NCBI GenBank assembly: GCA_050084515.1
Contig: CM114271.1
Location: 26,102,001-26,166,000, forward strand
Direction: 5' to 3'
From: Blasia pusilla
Taxonomy: Eukaryota
DNA: 64,000 bases
The translations under genes were made by a program, and so were the position numbers. The notes below the pieces were generated by a model. It had not been told where the DNA came from. It ran no database searches and saw only the letters and a list, made by a program, of their open reading frames with translations. Shown piece by piece: positions 53,313-64,000 of the stretch (position 1 is the stretch's first letter; every line of letters starts with the position of its first letter).

Positions 53313-56300
53313 TGGTATGATTCCGTATGACCAACCAACACCGAGACACCATGGTTATAGTTCCCCCCCCCTCCATCAACGTCCTTCAGGTGGAGAATGG
53401 GATGATGTCATTGAGTGGAGAGATAAGACCATCACATCTCCATATGGTGTGGAGATGTGATGTGGGCATGTCCCCTATGGCCTGAACTTGGGATGGATGC
53501 TCAAGACCCCAACCATATGGTTTTGGAACCCTTCAAAAATATACTAGTCACATGTATCATGGATATGGCTATGGCGATCTTGACGAATCAAGCTCTTATA
53601 GTGTTCACAGCGAGTTGCATAGCAGTGGACCTAGCTTGGGTGGATTTGGGGCCTCCTCAATGTATGCAAGTAATACCTCCATTGCCCTTGGGGATGGGCT
53701 TGGCCATCCTTTTGTTGGCGGGGAGAAAGAACTCCGTGACACCACCCAACCTCCCCAAGTCTGGCAACTTGGTGCATGACAGAGTTATGAGGTAAGACCA
53801 AGAGTCATATGGTTTCATGTATAATTAGCTTATCATAATTCCATATCATTACCACTCCAAGTTGTAGTATTGGACAATACTTGACTTGTGACAAAGACCC
53901 GTGGACTACTAGATCAACAAGAGTGAATCATGTGCTACTCCCACAGATTTACCAAGTGCCACAGACAAAGCACTAGGTGATGGTGATACGAGTAAGAAAA
54001 TATGTTCACAAGTACTTTAGAATACTATAGAGTCCAAGTATAAATCATGAGCTCTATTAAGTCTTTAAGATTCAGACTTTCATTATTTGAACTCAGTTCT
54101 TCACAATTTTGGCATCTTCAATGAAAGTATTCAGTTATTTCTGTTTGAGTTCCATATTTAGGAACATGCATGCTTCCATTTGCGATCTCTGGCTTTTCTT
54201 GCACTTTTGCTGATATGTTTCATTCTTACATCATAGGTTTCACACACCTTCTCTATTAATACACATTGTTTTTTCTTCCTTTGAGTATATTGTTGAGTGC
54301 GTAGACACTGGGTTTTTCTATTCAACTCTACATTCTCTCTTCCCTTGATTCTCTACTCCTTACACTCACAATATATGTAGTTTTGATCAATTTATTTCAT
54401 AAGTTCAAACCCTCTCAATGCATATTCCAATCTTTCAGATTTGCTCATAATGAGAATTTGGTTATACATGATACTATTTCCACATATGTTTCATTTCTTC
54501 TCATATCTCTTCAATATATTCACCCGAAGACCATTCATTTCCATCAAAAGTATTTTTATATCTTCCACAAATTTTCTTCTATTTCTACTTTACACACTTC
54601 ACATATTCTATTACCGCACACAAATATACAGTGTGAGAAACCATTCATTTCCATCACTAGCATTTTTGTGAGAAACCATTCATTTCCATCACTAGCATTT
54701 TTGCATCTTCCACAAAACATTTCTTCTATTTCTCCTCTGCACACTTCACATGTTCTATTCTCGCACAGCTGTGTTCAACAATGTACCTCTTCAATGTTCA
54801 ACAATTTCCGGGTGCCGAAAGGACAGCTGTCGTTGTTACATGTAACCGCATTCCGAGAGACGAGCCATATGATTGGCGGGACTCCGCCATCTTCCACTGG
54901 AAGCACTGCTTTTGGTCGTGTCGGTGCGCGATTTGGTGTCGAGGGATGTAACTTTCGTTTGCGGAATATCCTTCCTCATATGTAAGTGACTGGCACGTGT
55001 CCATGCTTGTAGAAGTATCAAGAAACGAGCCACGTTTTGAAGGCTGCCCAAGTCTTGAGAGTGGAGACGAAAGTCACGAGTGACGAGACTTCTTTAGGTC
55101 CGATGATCCGATCAGCTTGAACCGAAGCGGCTAGGTATAGTATAAGGAGGACAGCCTTCAGACAGACGTTCAAGTTCTAAACGATCAGCTGAATTGTCTG
55201 CGAGCTGTCTGAACTGAGGCCAATCTTGCAGAATCCTCCTCGGAATCGGAGTCACTTACTTATCCAGCGGCAGCAGCACGATCAGGACTTCCGCGAACAT
55301 GAAGTTTTTGCTGCAACAGTTGCCCTCGTGGCCCTCATCGCCGTCGCCCAGGCAGCCGAAGAATCCTGGGACTGCAGCGGCTCCAGCCGTTGCGGGACGC
55401 TGAGTCAGGGCGAGTGCGATGCTGCGCGACGACAGATCCAGCCCGACAACCGCTACTACACAGGAGGAAGCGCGGGCGAAACGGGAGTGTGCTCGGGCCA
55501 CTGTGGACTGTTTGTGGGTGGGTCCAACTGCGATCTGAGTGGGAATGAGATGATCGTGGCGTTTAACGAGTTGAGGGACCGGAATTGCCGATTGTGCGGG
55601 AAGAAGACATACAATGATGGATGCCAGTTCAAGATGGATTATGTCACCGGCTGCTAGACATAGCCGGAACGAATAAGGTACCGAGCTCGACAGAGCCCGA
55701 GTACGAGTACGAGTGGGGCGAGCAATCTCGGCTCGCCGAGGACTCGATTACTGTTTCGGTGATCGCCGGGGTTAGATAGATACCATAGATGTGTAGAGGG
55801 GATCCCCAGCCGTGTGGCCAATGCTGTCGGTCAAGTGATCATGGTCACTCCAATAAGAATCAAAACATACATATGTGTAATAAAGTGCGCCGAGTACAGT
55901 TTCTTGTAAATATACGCGGTAGTCCGTCCGGTTTCAGCTCCTTCGAATCCCAGCTGTGTATATGGCCTGTCAAGCAAGGGGTGTGATTTAAGCGAGGTCG
56001 AACTTCACCGTCTTCAGAAGGAACGACGAGCGCGTACAACTTCTCGAACTGGCTAGAGTTGATTAACCATGCGAAGCTGCTGCATTCCAGTCCCTCCGGT
56101 CACGATTCGATATCGATCTTTCATTACCTTCGAATCTTCTAACCAATTAAGACTTTAGACAATCGGTCAGTCGACTCCCCGTGTCTCAGCGGTTTACGCA
56201 ATTACGGTCGACTCCTAAAACTCGGACGGGCAGTGACTTGACATGGAGTTGCCGATGGACATGACCCGTCATGGTTTACACGGCCATGTCCGACTACGCT

Positions 56301-59300
56301 TGGAACCATGCACGTTTAAAGCTGACATCATCGGTGAATTGGCATCATATTGCTAACAACCGCATCTAACCAAGCGGCCACAGCCATATTTTAGGCGATA
56401 AGTGAGCGGATTCTTCATAATTATGTGACGGTCATGATCGGCTTGCAACGTGAACTACAGTAAGTAGAGAAAACTCGGATTCGAAGGGTGTAGCGAGCGG
56501 AGCAGCAACCCCTGCCATCGGACGTTCGGTGCTCGGATGCCGAATTGAGTGCTTCGTTGAGTATGTCGTGGAAGCGTTGCCTCGGGCCACCGGAACTGCA
56601 CATCTTCTGGTGGTGCGTTGCGAAGACGAGTGAAGTGGACTTGACTGCCTGCTATTTATTCCCGCACTCCGAGTCTGGCTTTCCTCCAAACGCCCTTTCG
56701 CATTTTTCCTTCGATCGGGACCCGAAGTACGATGTTTATTTCAGCAATTCTGCTGAGCGGAAATTGATTGGTCACAGCCATGTGAAGAGTTTTTTACATG
56801 AGCTAAGTGCTTGTTTGATTGGAGCCTAACTCGTCTATGCAGCATGTACGTTGCACCCAACTTGCCTCTTCAGCGGTTACGTTGAAGCCTCTTTGTTTAC
56901 GGCTTGTAACAGTGTACACATTCCAACATCTTCCCTAAACGGAACATCCTCTTTGAACACATATGTTTTTACATAGAATCTAAAACACCAAGAAGTGATC
57001 TAAATCTTTCAAACTTAGCAATAGGAAGGCCTTTGGTGAAGATTTCAGCAAAGGACACCACACAACATTGATGTCCCCACTCACTACCTTTTCTCGAACA
57101 AAGTGATGCACTTCGATATGTTTGGTTCGTGAATGGAAGACTGGATTTCTGGACAAATAAATAGAACTAATGTTATCACCCAAGATTACAGTAGGATCAG
57201 ATTGGGTAAATCGAAGTTCAGCCAATAGTCCTCTAAGCCATATGGCTTCCGTTGTGGCATTTGTCAATCCACGGTATTCTGCCTCCGTGGAAGATAGAGA
57301 AATTGAGGCTTGCTTCTTTGATGAGAAGCTCGCAGCCGCACTTCCAAAGGAGAAGAAATATCCTGAAGTTGATTTGCGAGTTATTGGACAACCTGCATAA
57401 TCAGCATCTGAGAATCCCAAGATTATCGAAGCTTGTTGGATTCCTCTATCGGCCCAAATGTGTTTGTACCCTTAAGATACCTTGCCACCCTCTTTGCTGC
57501 AATAAGGTGAGACTTTCGGGGATCAGCCATATGTTGGCTGATCTGGCTTACTGCATATGCAATATCTGGTCGGGAGTTGGTGATATAGATAAGTCACCCC
57601 ACCAATTTTTGGTACTCTTTCAAGTCCACCTTCTCCTCTTGATCATTATAAGTAAGTCTCTTTGTACTCGTCGGAGTGGGCGTTGATTTGCAGTCCTCTA
57701 GGCCAAAAGTTTGAAGCAAGATAGCTATATGCCTTTCTTGAGTCAAGAAGGTCATTTTTGGCCCTCGCTTTACTTCAAGTCCTAGGCAGAAGTGTAAACT
57801 CCCAAGATCTGTCATTTTGAATGAAGAGGAGAGTCCTTCTTTAAGATCACGTATCCCTTGTACATCATCTCCAGTAATGATCAAGCCATCCACATATAAG
57901 ATCACAATGACAATCCCGTAAGTAGAGATCTTGAGATAAAGGTTCGGGTCGTGTTTACTCTTTGCAAATCCAAGTTTGTTTAACATAGTCGAGTCATAGG
58001 CTTGATTCCATATTCGATTTGCTTGCATCAGGCCATAAAGAGCTTTCCGCATCTTGCAGACAAGGTCTTCATTTCCAGGAGCAGTAAAGCCTTGAGGTTG
58101 TTGTAGATATACCTCTTCTTCCAAAGTGCCATTTAAGAAGGCATTTTGAACATCCATCTGCAATAGGGGCCAATCAAACATGACTGCAAGAGATATGATC
58201 ACTCGAATCATGGTCATTTTTGCAACTGATGCATATGTCTCATCATAGCCTTTTGCTACTAGCCTTGCCTTGTACCTGGACAACGATCCATCAGCGTTAT
58301 ACTTACACTTATAAACCCACTTTGTAGGAAAGCGGTCCTCCCTGATGGGAGACAGACCAAGTCCCATGTTCGGTTGGCAACTATGGCATTGTACTCCTCG
58401 GTCATTGCATGTTGCCAATGTGGATTAGTGCATGCCTCTTGGAATGATTGAGGCTCAATGGGAGCTTGCTGAAATGGTGTATGACTTAGAAAGAAAGCCA
58501 TCGTAAAATGTAATCCTCTCGTAAGTTGGAAGGAAGTTGGCGTAGTCGACTTGACCTTCGTGGAGGTGGTAGCGCAAGTGTGGACTCCATATTGTCCAAT
58601 CCTTGACCTCTTTCACCAAGTGTTGGTGGTAGATCAACATAAGTTTTGGGCCTTGAGGATGGTGTATCCTTGTCGATTCATTTTCGACTCTGGTTCGTGG
58701 AGGTTTGAGGCCACTCTCGCGTTTGATTGATGCTCTTCGGAGTGGGGAGTGTCTTCATCAAATATGACGTCACGGCTCATAAACACCTTGTGGTGCTCCA
58801 AGGAGAAGAGCTTGTAAGCTTTCTCTCTAGTGCCATAGCCAATAAATATGCATCTCACACTTTTATCATCAAGTTTTCTCCTCAATTCTTTTGGTATATG
58901 TGCATAAGCTCCACACCCAAAGATTCGAAGGTGTGAGACATTTGGTTTGATGCCAGTGAAGACTTCTTCAGGCGTTTTCTCCTCCAAAGCCCTTGTTGGG
59001 CACTTGTTGAGGATGTAGATGGCCATGTTTATGGCCTCTGCCCAAAGATAGTTGGGGAGATTTCGCCCCTTCAACATGCACCTTGCCATCTCAACTACCA
59101 TTCGATTCCTCCTCTCAACAATACCATTTTGTTGTGGGGTGTAGGCCGTAGTAAGTTGATGACGGATGCCATGATGGCAACAAAAGGTCTCAAATGCTTT
59201 CCCCATGAATTCACCTCCCCTATCCGTTCGTATCACCTTCACCTTTGAGGGCGGCACGCCAAGGTGTAGATGCAAGGATCCCACTGCTGCAGTAGATTGA

Positions 59301-60897
59301 GTTCTCATCAATGTAAGAAATTTCTTGAGTATACCTAATGCATTGGATTTGTGTTGTAGGAAATAAACCCACATAAATCTTGAATGGTCATCAACTAATA
59401 GCATGTAGTACCTTGCCCCTGATAGTGAAGCCGTTTGAATTGGTCCTCCAAGTTTGATGTGGACTAGGTGGAGGGGAGTTGAAGCCCTTGAGAGGGTATG
59501 CCTTGATTGCTTGCCTCGTAAGCAAGTGTCACAAGTGGATATTTCTCCACTTAATTTAGGTAACCCTCCAACCATATTGTCTTTGCTTAACAACTTGAGG
59601 CCCTTCGTGTTAAAGTGCCCAAGTCTTTCATGCCAAACTTGTAGTTGGTTTGAAGATCTTGCAAATAGTTGAGGGCTCGGCTTGCTAAGAAGTTTATATA
59701 GTCGTCCATACCTTACTCCTTGGGCAGCGACAGAATTTTTGCCTCTCGTAAGAACTCGCATCCTTTGGAATCAAAAACAACCTTCATATTCTCTCTTTCG
59801 GTGATATGGCCGATGGAGATAAGGTTTTGTGTTAAAGCTGGAATATGCCACACATCCTTGATTGTATAATCTTCACCCGAGGGCAATGTCACTTGCACAT
59901 CTCCTTCCCCAATCGCAGAGTGAATGGAGCCGTCTCCCATTGATACTTCAGGTCCATTCATCAAAGGTTTGTAAGATGTGAACCAACCTTTATTTTTTAT
60001 CATATGGTTGGTGGCGCCGCTATCAATGAACCACTTGTCCACTTGGTTTGTGGTAATCAATGCCGAGATAAGTCCTCGTGCATCATCTTCTCTTTTTGGT
60101 GTGAGTGCTCAATTGGTTCTCCCATTCTCGGCGAGGAAGCTTCGTTGCTTTTCTTGTGGTCTCATTGATCGATTGTGGCGATCATTCCTGTACCAACATT
60201 GATTGGAGTCATGGCCAATCTTACCGCATATTGTGCACTCCTTCTTGCTGGTAGTGCTATAGGTCTTACCATTGAACTTTTTCTCGGTGGTGCGGAAGGT
60301 TTGGGCCTTTGGTCCGGATGTGTTGCGCTCTTGTGATCGCTTTTCTTCATATTGACGAGGGAATGTTCCCTTCTTCTGGCTGAATAGAGCGCTAGGTCCC
60401 GATTCTTGTCCTTCTTGGGCAGCAAGGTCGTTGTGTCTCCTTTCTTCTTCAAGTAGGATTGTGCATAGTTCAGAAAAAGTAGGCGTCTTTTCTCTCACGG
60501 CTAGAGAGTTTATGAAGTATCCGTAGGAGTCTTGGGCCACACTATTCATCATAGTGGCTGCCATGGTTTCATCATCAATTAAGACCTTAACTTCTGCCAG
60601 ATCATCTCTTAGCTCTTTCATAATGCTGAGGTGTGAATACATAGTCGAGGTCGAGCTCATCTTCATTGAGTAAATTCACCTCTGTAATGCCAGTTTTCTG
60701 GTCATGCTTGTGCTAGCATGAACCGCTTCAAGTGTAGTCCAAGCTTCCTTGGAGGTCTCTGCATGTTTCAAATGAGGGATTTGAGAATCTCTCGTTGACA
60801 TCATCATAATTCCAAGGGCCTTTCGATCTCTCTTCTCGAAGTCTTTCGTGGCTCGAGCATCCATATTCAAGGTCTTCTCTTCTCTGCCATCAACTAT
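53313..60897. repeat. Right arm of ~7.6 kb inverted duplication (partner 22330-29916)
   Basis: Reverse complement of the left arm with scattered substitutions and small indels. Confidence 0.97.
55299..55657 (+). pseudogene. Second KP4-like copy with a 1-bp deletion in the T run after the ATG (frameshift or assembly error)
   Basis: ATGAAGTTTTTGCT (5 T) versus ATGAAGTTTTTTGCT (6 T) in copy 1; 359 versus 360 bp; downstream protein identical. Confidence 0.8.
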
Positions 60898-61682
60898 ATC
60901 GTAAAGATCAGATGCCATCAGAAAGGCCTTCATCCTGTATCGGCAAGTGCCGTAATTGCTCTCATCGAGCTTGTGGCTCTCACTCAATATGTTGTCGGTA
61001 AGGCTCGTCATCTTTGATCTTGATAGGTGCTCACTTCGATCTTGCTGGTCTTCCTTGCCTGCATATGATCGACTTCTGATTGCTAGTCTTCTTCCTCTTC
61101 TTTCAGCTTGATATTTGTCCCTGTGAAATAAGAAAAAAGAAAAATAAGGTACAAACAGGATACACACTTCTCTTCACTTGCATGCTCCTGTTTTCTATCC
61201 AGTTCTGTCCTATTTTCACTGTATATGAGTACCTCTATTGGGAGTATGCTTACTGTCCCTGTCAAAAGGGTACAGAGTTCTGCCTGTCCTATTCTCTCTG
61301 TATATGAGTACTAATCTCACTCGGAGTAGGAAGTAGCTCTCGTAAACTGCTCAAGTGCAGTTTCAGCTTGTGAGAAATTGCTAGAGATCTCACGTGTAAT
61401 ATGCACGAGTTTCAGTTTGTAAGAAATTGTTAGAAATCTCACATGAAACCTGCTTTGATACCATGAAGTTTATTTCAGCAATTCTGCTGAGCGGAAATTG
61501 ATTGGTCACAGCCATGTGAAGAATTTTATACATGAGCTAAGTGCTCGTTGCATGCTGTTTGATTGGAGCCTAACTCGTCTATGCAGCGTTTACGTTGCAG
61601 CCAACTTGCCTCTGCAGCGGTTACGTTGAAGCCTCTTTGTTTACGGTGCAGCGCAGCTTGTTGCCGTTTACACATTCCAACA
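56730..61682 (-). mobile_element. Full-length inactivated Ty1/Copia: 5' LTR 61464-61682, PBS 61452-61463, gag ATG 61011, PPT ~56929-56937, 3' LTR 56730-56928
   Basis: TG...CA 5' LTR; PBS TGGTATCAAAGC (tRNA-iMet type); near-TSD AAGTA (56725-56729) / AAGTG (61683-61687); same domains and lesions as the left copy. Confidence 0.95.
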
Positions 61683-62472
61683 AAGTGGTCCTCTTAGTCC
61701 CTTTCTACTTTGCGTTCCTCCTCGCCTCGTACGTACCCATACTCGTTTTCTCCTTCTCACTTACGCTCTGAGGACCCGTGACACTACGGATCGTATTATC
61801 GATGATCGGGAGATCAGAAAGTTCCGTTTCAAATGGCCGGGAAGAACTGGCTGGAAATGGAAAGTTTCTTAGAGGGTATTCCGGTTCGAAATTCGGTTTT
61901 ACCGTTCCCGGTTACGAAATAACTGCAAAACCTCTCCGCACCCTGAATACGATGTTCATGCACGCGTGAAAAGGAAACTGGCCAAGTTTTCAAAGACGAA
62001 ACCTCCTCCGCTGCTTGACCTAGTTAGCATTTCGGTGCACAAAAATGATTTTTTTAATAACTAATTTTTTCAATGAGGATAAATTTTCATTTTATATAAT
62101 TTTAAACAAATAACAACACTCCACTCTCCTAAATAACTTCACTTTTTAATTAGAAATCTAAATAATATTCCATTCTCCTGCAAAATTTTAAACAATACCT
62201 CCTTTTCCACTTCTCCCACGAAAATAAAGCCCATCAATTAAATTAGTAATTACTTTTAATGGATAAAATCACTTTCCTCGTTCGTTCAAATTGATTTTCT
62301 TTCCCAATATATGATTTAAGGGACAAAACTGAATATAGGGTATTTAGATAGATTTTGAAGATAGATCCATCATCGGGCAATTATCTTACCACTCTAATGA
62401 AAAGATAATAATATCCACTTTATTATAAAAACAAAGAAAGGATCATCACAAATATTGCAAGAAAACTTGACA

Positions 62473-63335
62473 ATGTCGAAGGAAGAAGTGGGCCTTGTTA
62501 GGAGCAATGTTTAATTAGTGTCTCCCGGTCAATACACGTGTCAGAAAGTAAAAATATTCCCAAGTGGCATGTATAATGCCATAGGCTAGCTTGCTTATCG
62601 TAGAAAGATCTCAAAGAAAGGAAATTGCACCCTTAAGGACTTGCTCGACAAATGGGATGGCAACCCCACCCATACAAGGGAAGAGTTTTATTTTGTACCC
62701 AAGTTCAAACGGGGTTAATTGATTTACCCTCCAAACTTGCCATAAATTGCAACAGTGCAATTTTCTCAATGTTATTACTCTTTTCAAAGTCCGATTCGAT
62801 TAGGGAGGGGCACAATTTAAAAAATTCCATACGATTCTACTGATGGTCTTATGAAAGTTGCCAAATGTACTCATCCCAAGAATCAATATGCATTGAAAAT
62901 GTTATGTTAATTCCTTTAGGAGTAGGTGTTCCAAGTCTTCTTTGCAAGAATGTTTCAAGCATGAGGAAGAAAGAAGGTATAGCCAAATTGGAATGAGGAT
63001 ATTTTATGTGTTGTATTTATTATTCCTTTTGTGTGTGGGCATTTTGAATTTTTTGTTTTCCATGAGGATGCACGGTCTATCTAGGGAAGAGAGGGGGTGA
63101 GAAAAATTGGTTCATATCCATATTTATGTGGGGAGTTTCGATAACATTTAAGGCTATTTGCAAAAAAAAACCAACTTAATTCCCGTGGCTTACACAAGCA
63201 TGCTCCAACAATGAGGAAAGCCTAGGTGACACTTCGTTGATGCGGCATAAAAAACCTGATGTGGCATATTACATGTGGCTTGGAAGGTGGCTTCGAAGGT
63301 CGGATGTTGCCTTGGCGCAAAAATGCTTCTCCTCG
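62473..63335. repeat. Diverged inverted copy of the 16008-16817 repeat
   Basis: Reverse-complement match with many substitutions and indels. Confidence 0.85.
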
Positions 63336-63550
63336 TTCTCGAAACAATAGGCCCCCTCCTCTACATAGGCAACATGATCCATCAAGGTAGGTGTATCTCC
63401 TTGGAGAAACCTTGAAGCCATAATCGGCGGTACCAACACCCAACTTCCCAAAAAGGCTGCGGGAGCAGATGCAACTGTGGAGGAAAGTCCCACCCCTCCA
63501 AAAGAAATAGGCAAGATAGCTTGTCATGAAAGGTAGTCCGAGGTTGGCTG
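63335..63550 (-). mobile_element. Short non-LTR retrotransposon fragment (post-RT region, CRE-like)
   Basis: QAILPISFGGVGLSSTVASAPAAFLGSW matches the QxxLPxxxGGLGL...APAAFLxS pattern seen C-terminal to RT in CRE-type LINEs. Confidence 0.55.
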
Positions 63551-64000
63551 CCCTACCTCAAAAAAATGTAGCAGTAGCAACACAGGTTAGTGAAGTAGCA
63601 ACAGCAAGAAGAGGGGGAGCAGGAGCTGCACCAGCAGAAGTGGAGTCCAAAGATGGAACTTGCAGCAGCAAAAGCTATTGCAAAAACAACAGCAGGAGTG
63701 AGTGAGTCCGAGGTTGGAGCAATTGCAATATAGCAAAGGGCAAGACCTGGTTTGCAGCAGCAGGAGTGACTAACTTGTGTGTTGGACATAGAAGAGAGCA
63801 AACCAGAACTTCTGTGTGAGGGCTTCAGTAGAGAGCAAAGGGCAAGACCTGTTTTCCAACAACAGCACCACCACCATCAACAGCAATAGCACCACCACCA
63901 CCACCAATAACAACAACAATTGCAGCAGCAAGGACAACAACAACCAGCCGAGATCCTAAACAGCAGCAGCAAGAGTCCGAGAGTGAGCTCTTGCAGCAGC

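Noticed and set aside
54992-55001. G-box/ABRE-like GGCACGTGTC upstream of the KP4-like gene
   Set aside because: A single short motif is expected by chance and has no supporting evidence.
55226-55657. 143-aa ORF as an N-terminally extended KP4
   Set aside because: It starts at TTG and exists only because of the 1-bp deletion; the homologous ATG is at 55299.

Overview
Eukaryotic, transposon-dense window with no prokaryotic features. The TE set (Ty1/Copia, Ty3/Gypsy, CACTA, hAT, Helitron, a CRE-like LINE scrap) plus a KP4-like gene suggests a plant, plausibly a bryophyte-grade lineage; that assignment is inference. The main result is two divergent, decayed Ty3/Gypsy elements (7406-15229 minus; ~29945-38005 plus). 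Each carries a DNMT3-like C5 cytosine methyltransferase domain between protease and RT, with motifs I, II, IV (PC), VI (ENV), VIII, IX and X readable in both. One element also ends in a canonical PHD finger after the integrase, which the ORF track misses, and has an unusual PPT-A-B-A 3' end. The only plausible intact gene is a secreted 10-Cys KP4-like killer-toxin protein (27570-27929 minus). It sits with a dead Copia inside a ~7.6 kb near-identical inverted duplication (22330-29916 / 53313-60897); the second copy is frameshifted. Several junctions show templated fillers or fold-backs, including a 155-bp piece of the Copia-free KP4 flank between 81-bp direct repeats. A 9.4 kb CACTA element with perfect TIRs and a TAA target duplication is also present. 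All identity statements are by-eye comparisons, not computed values.
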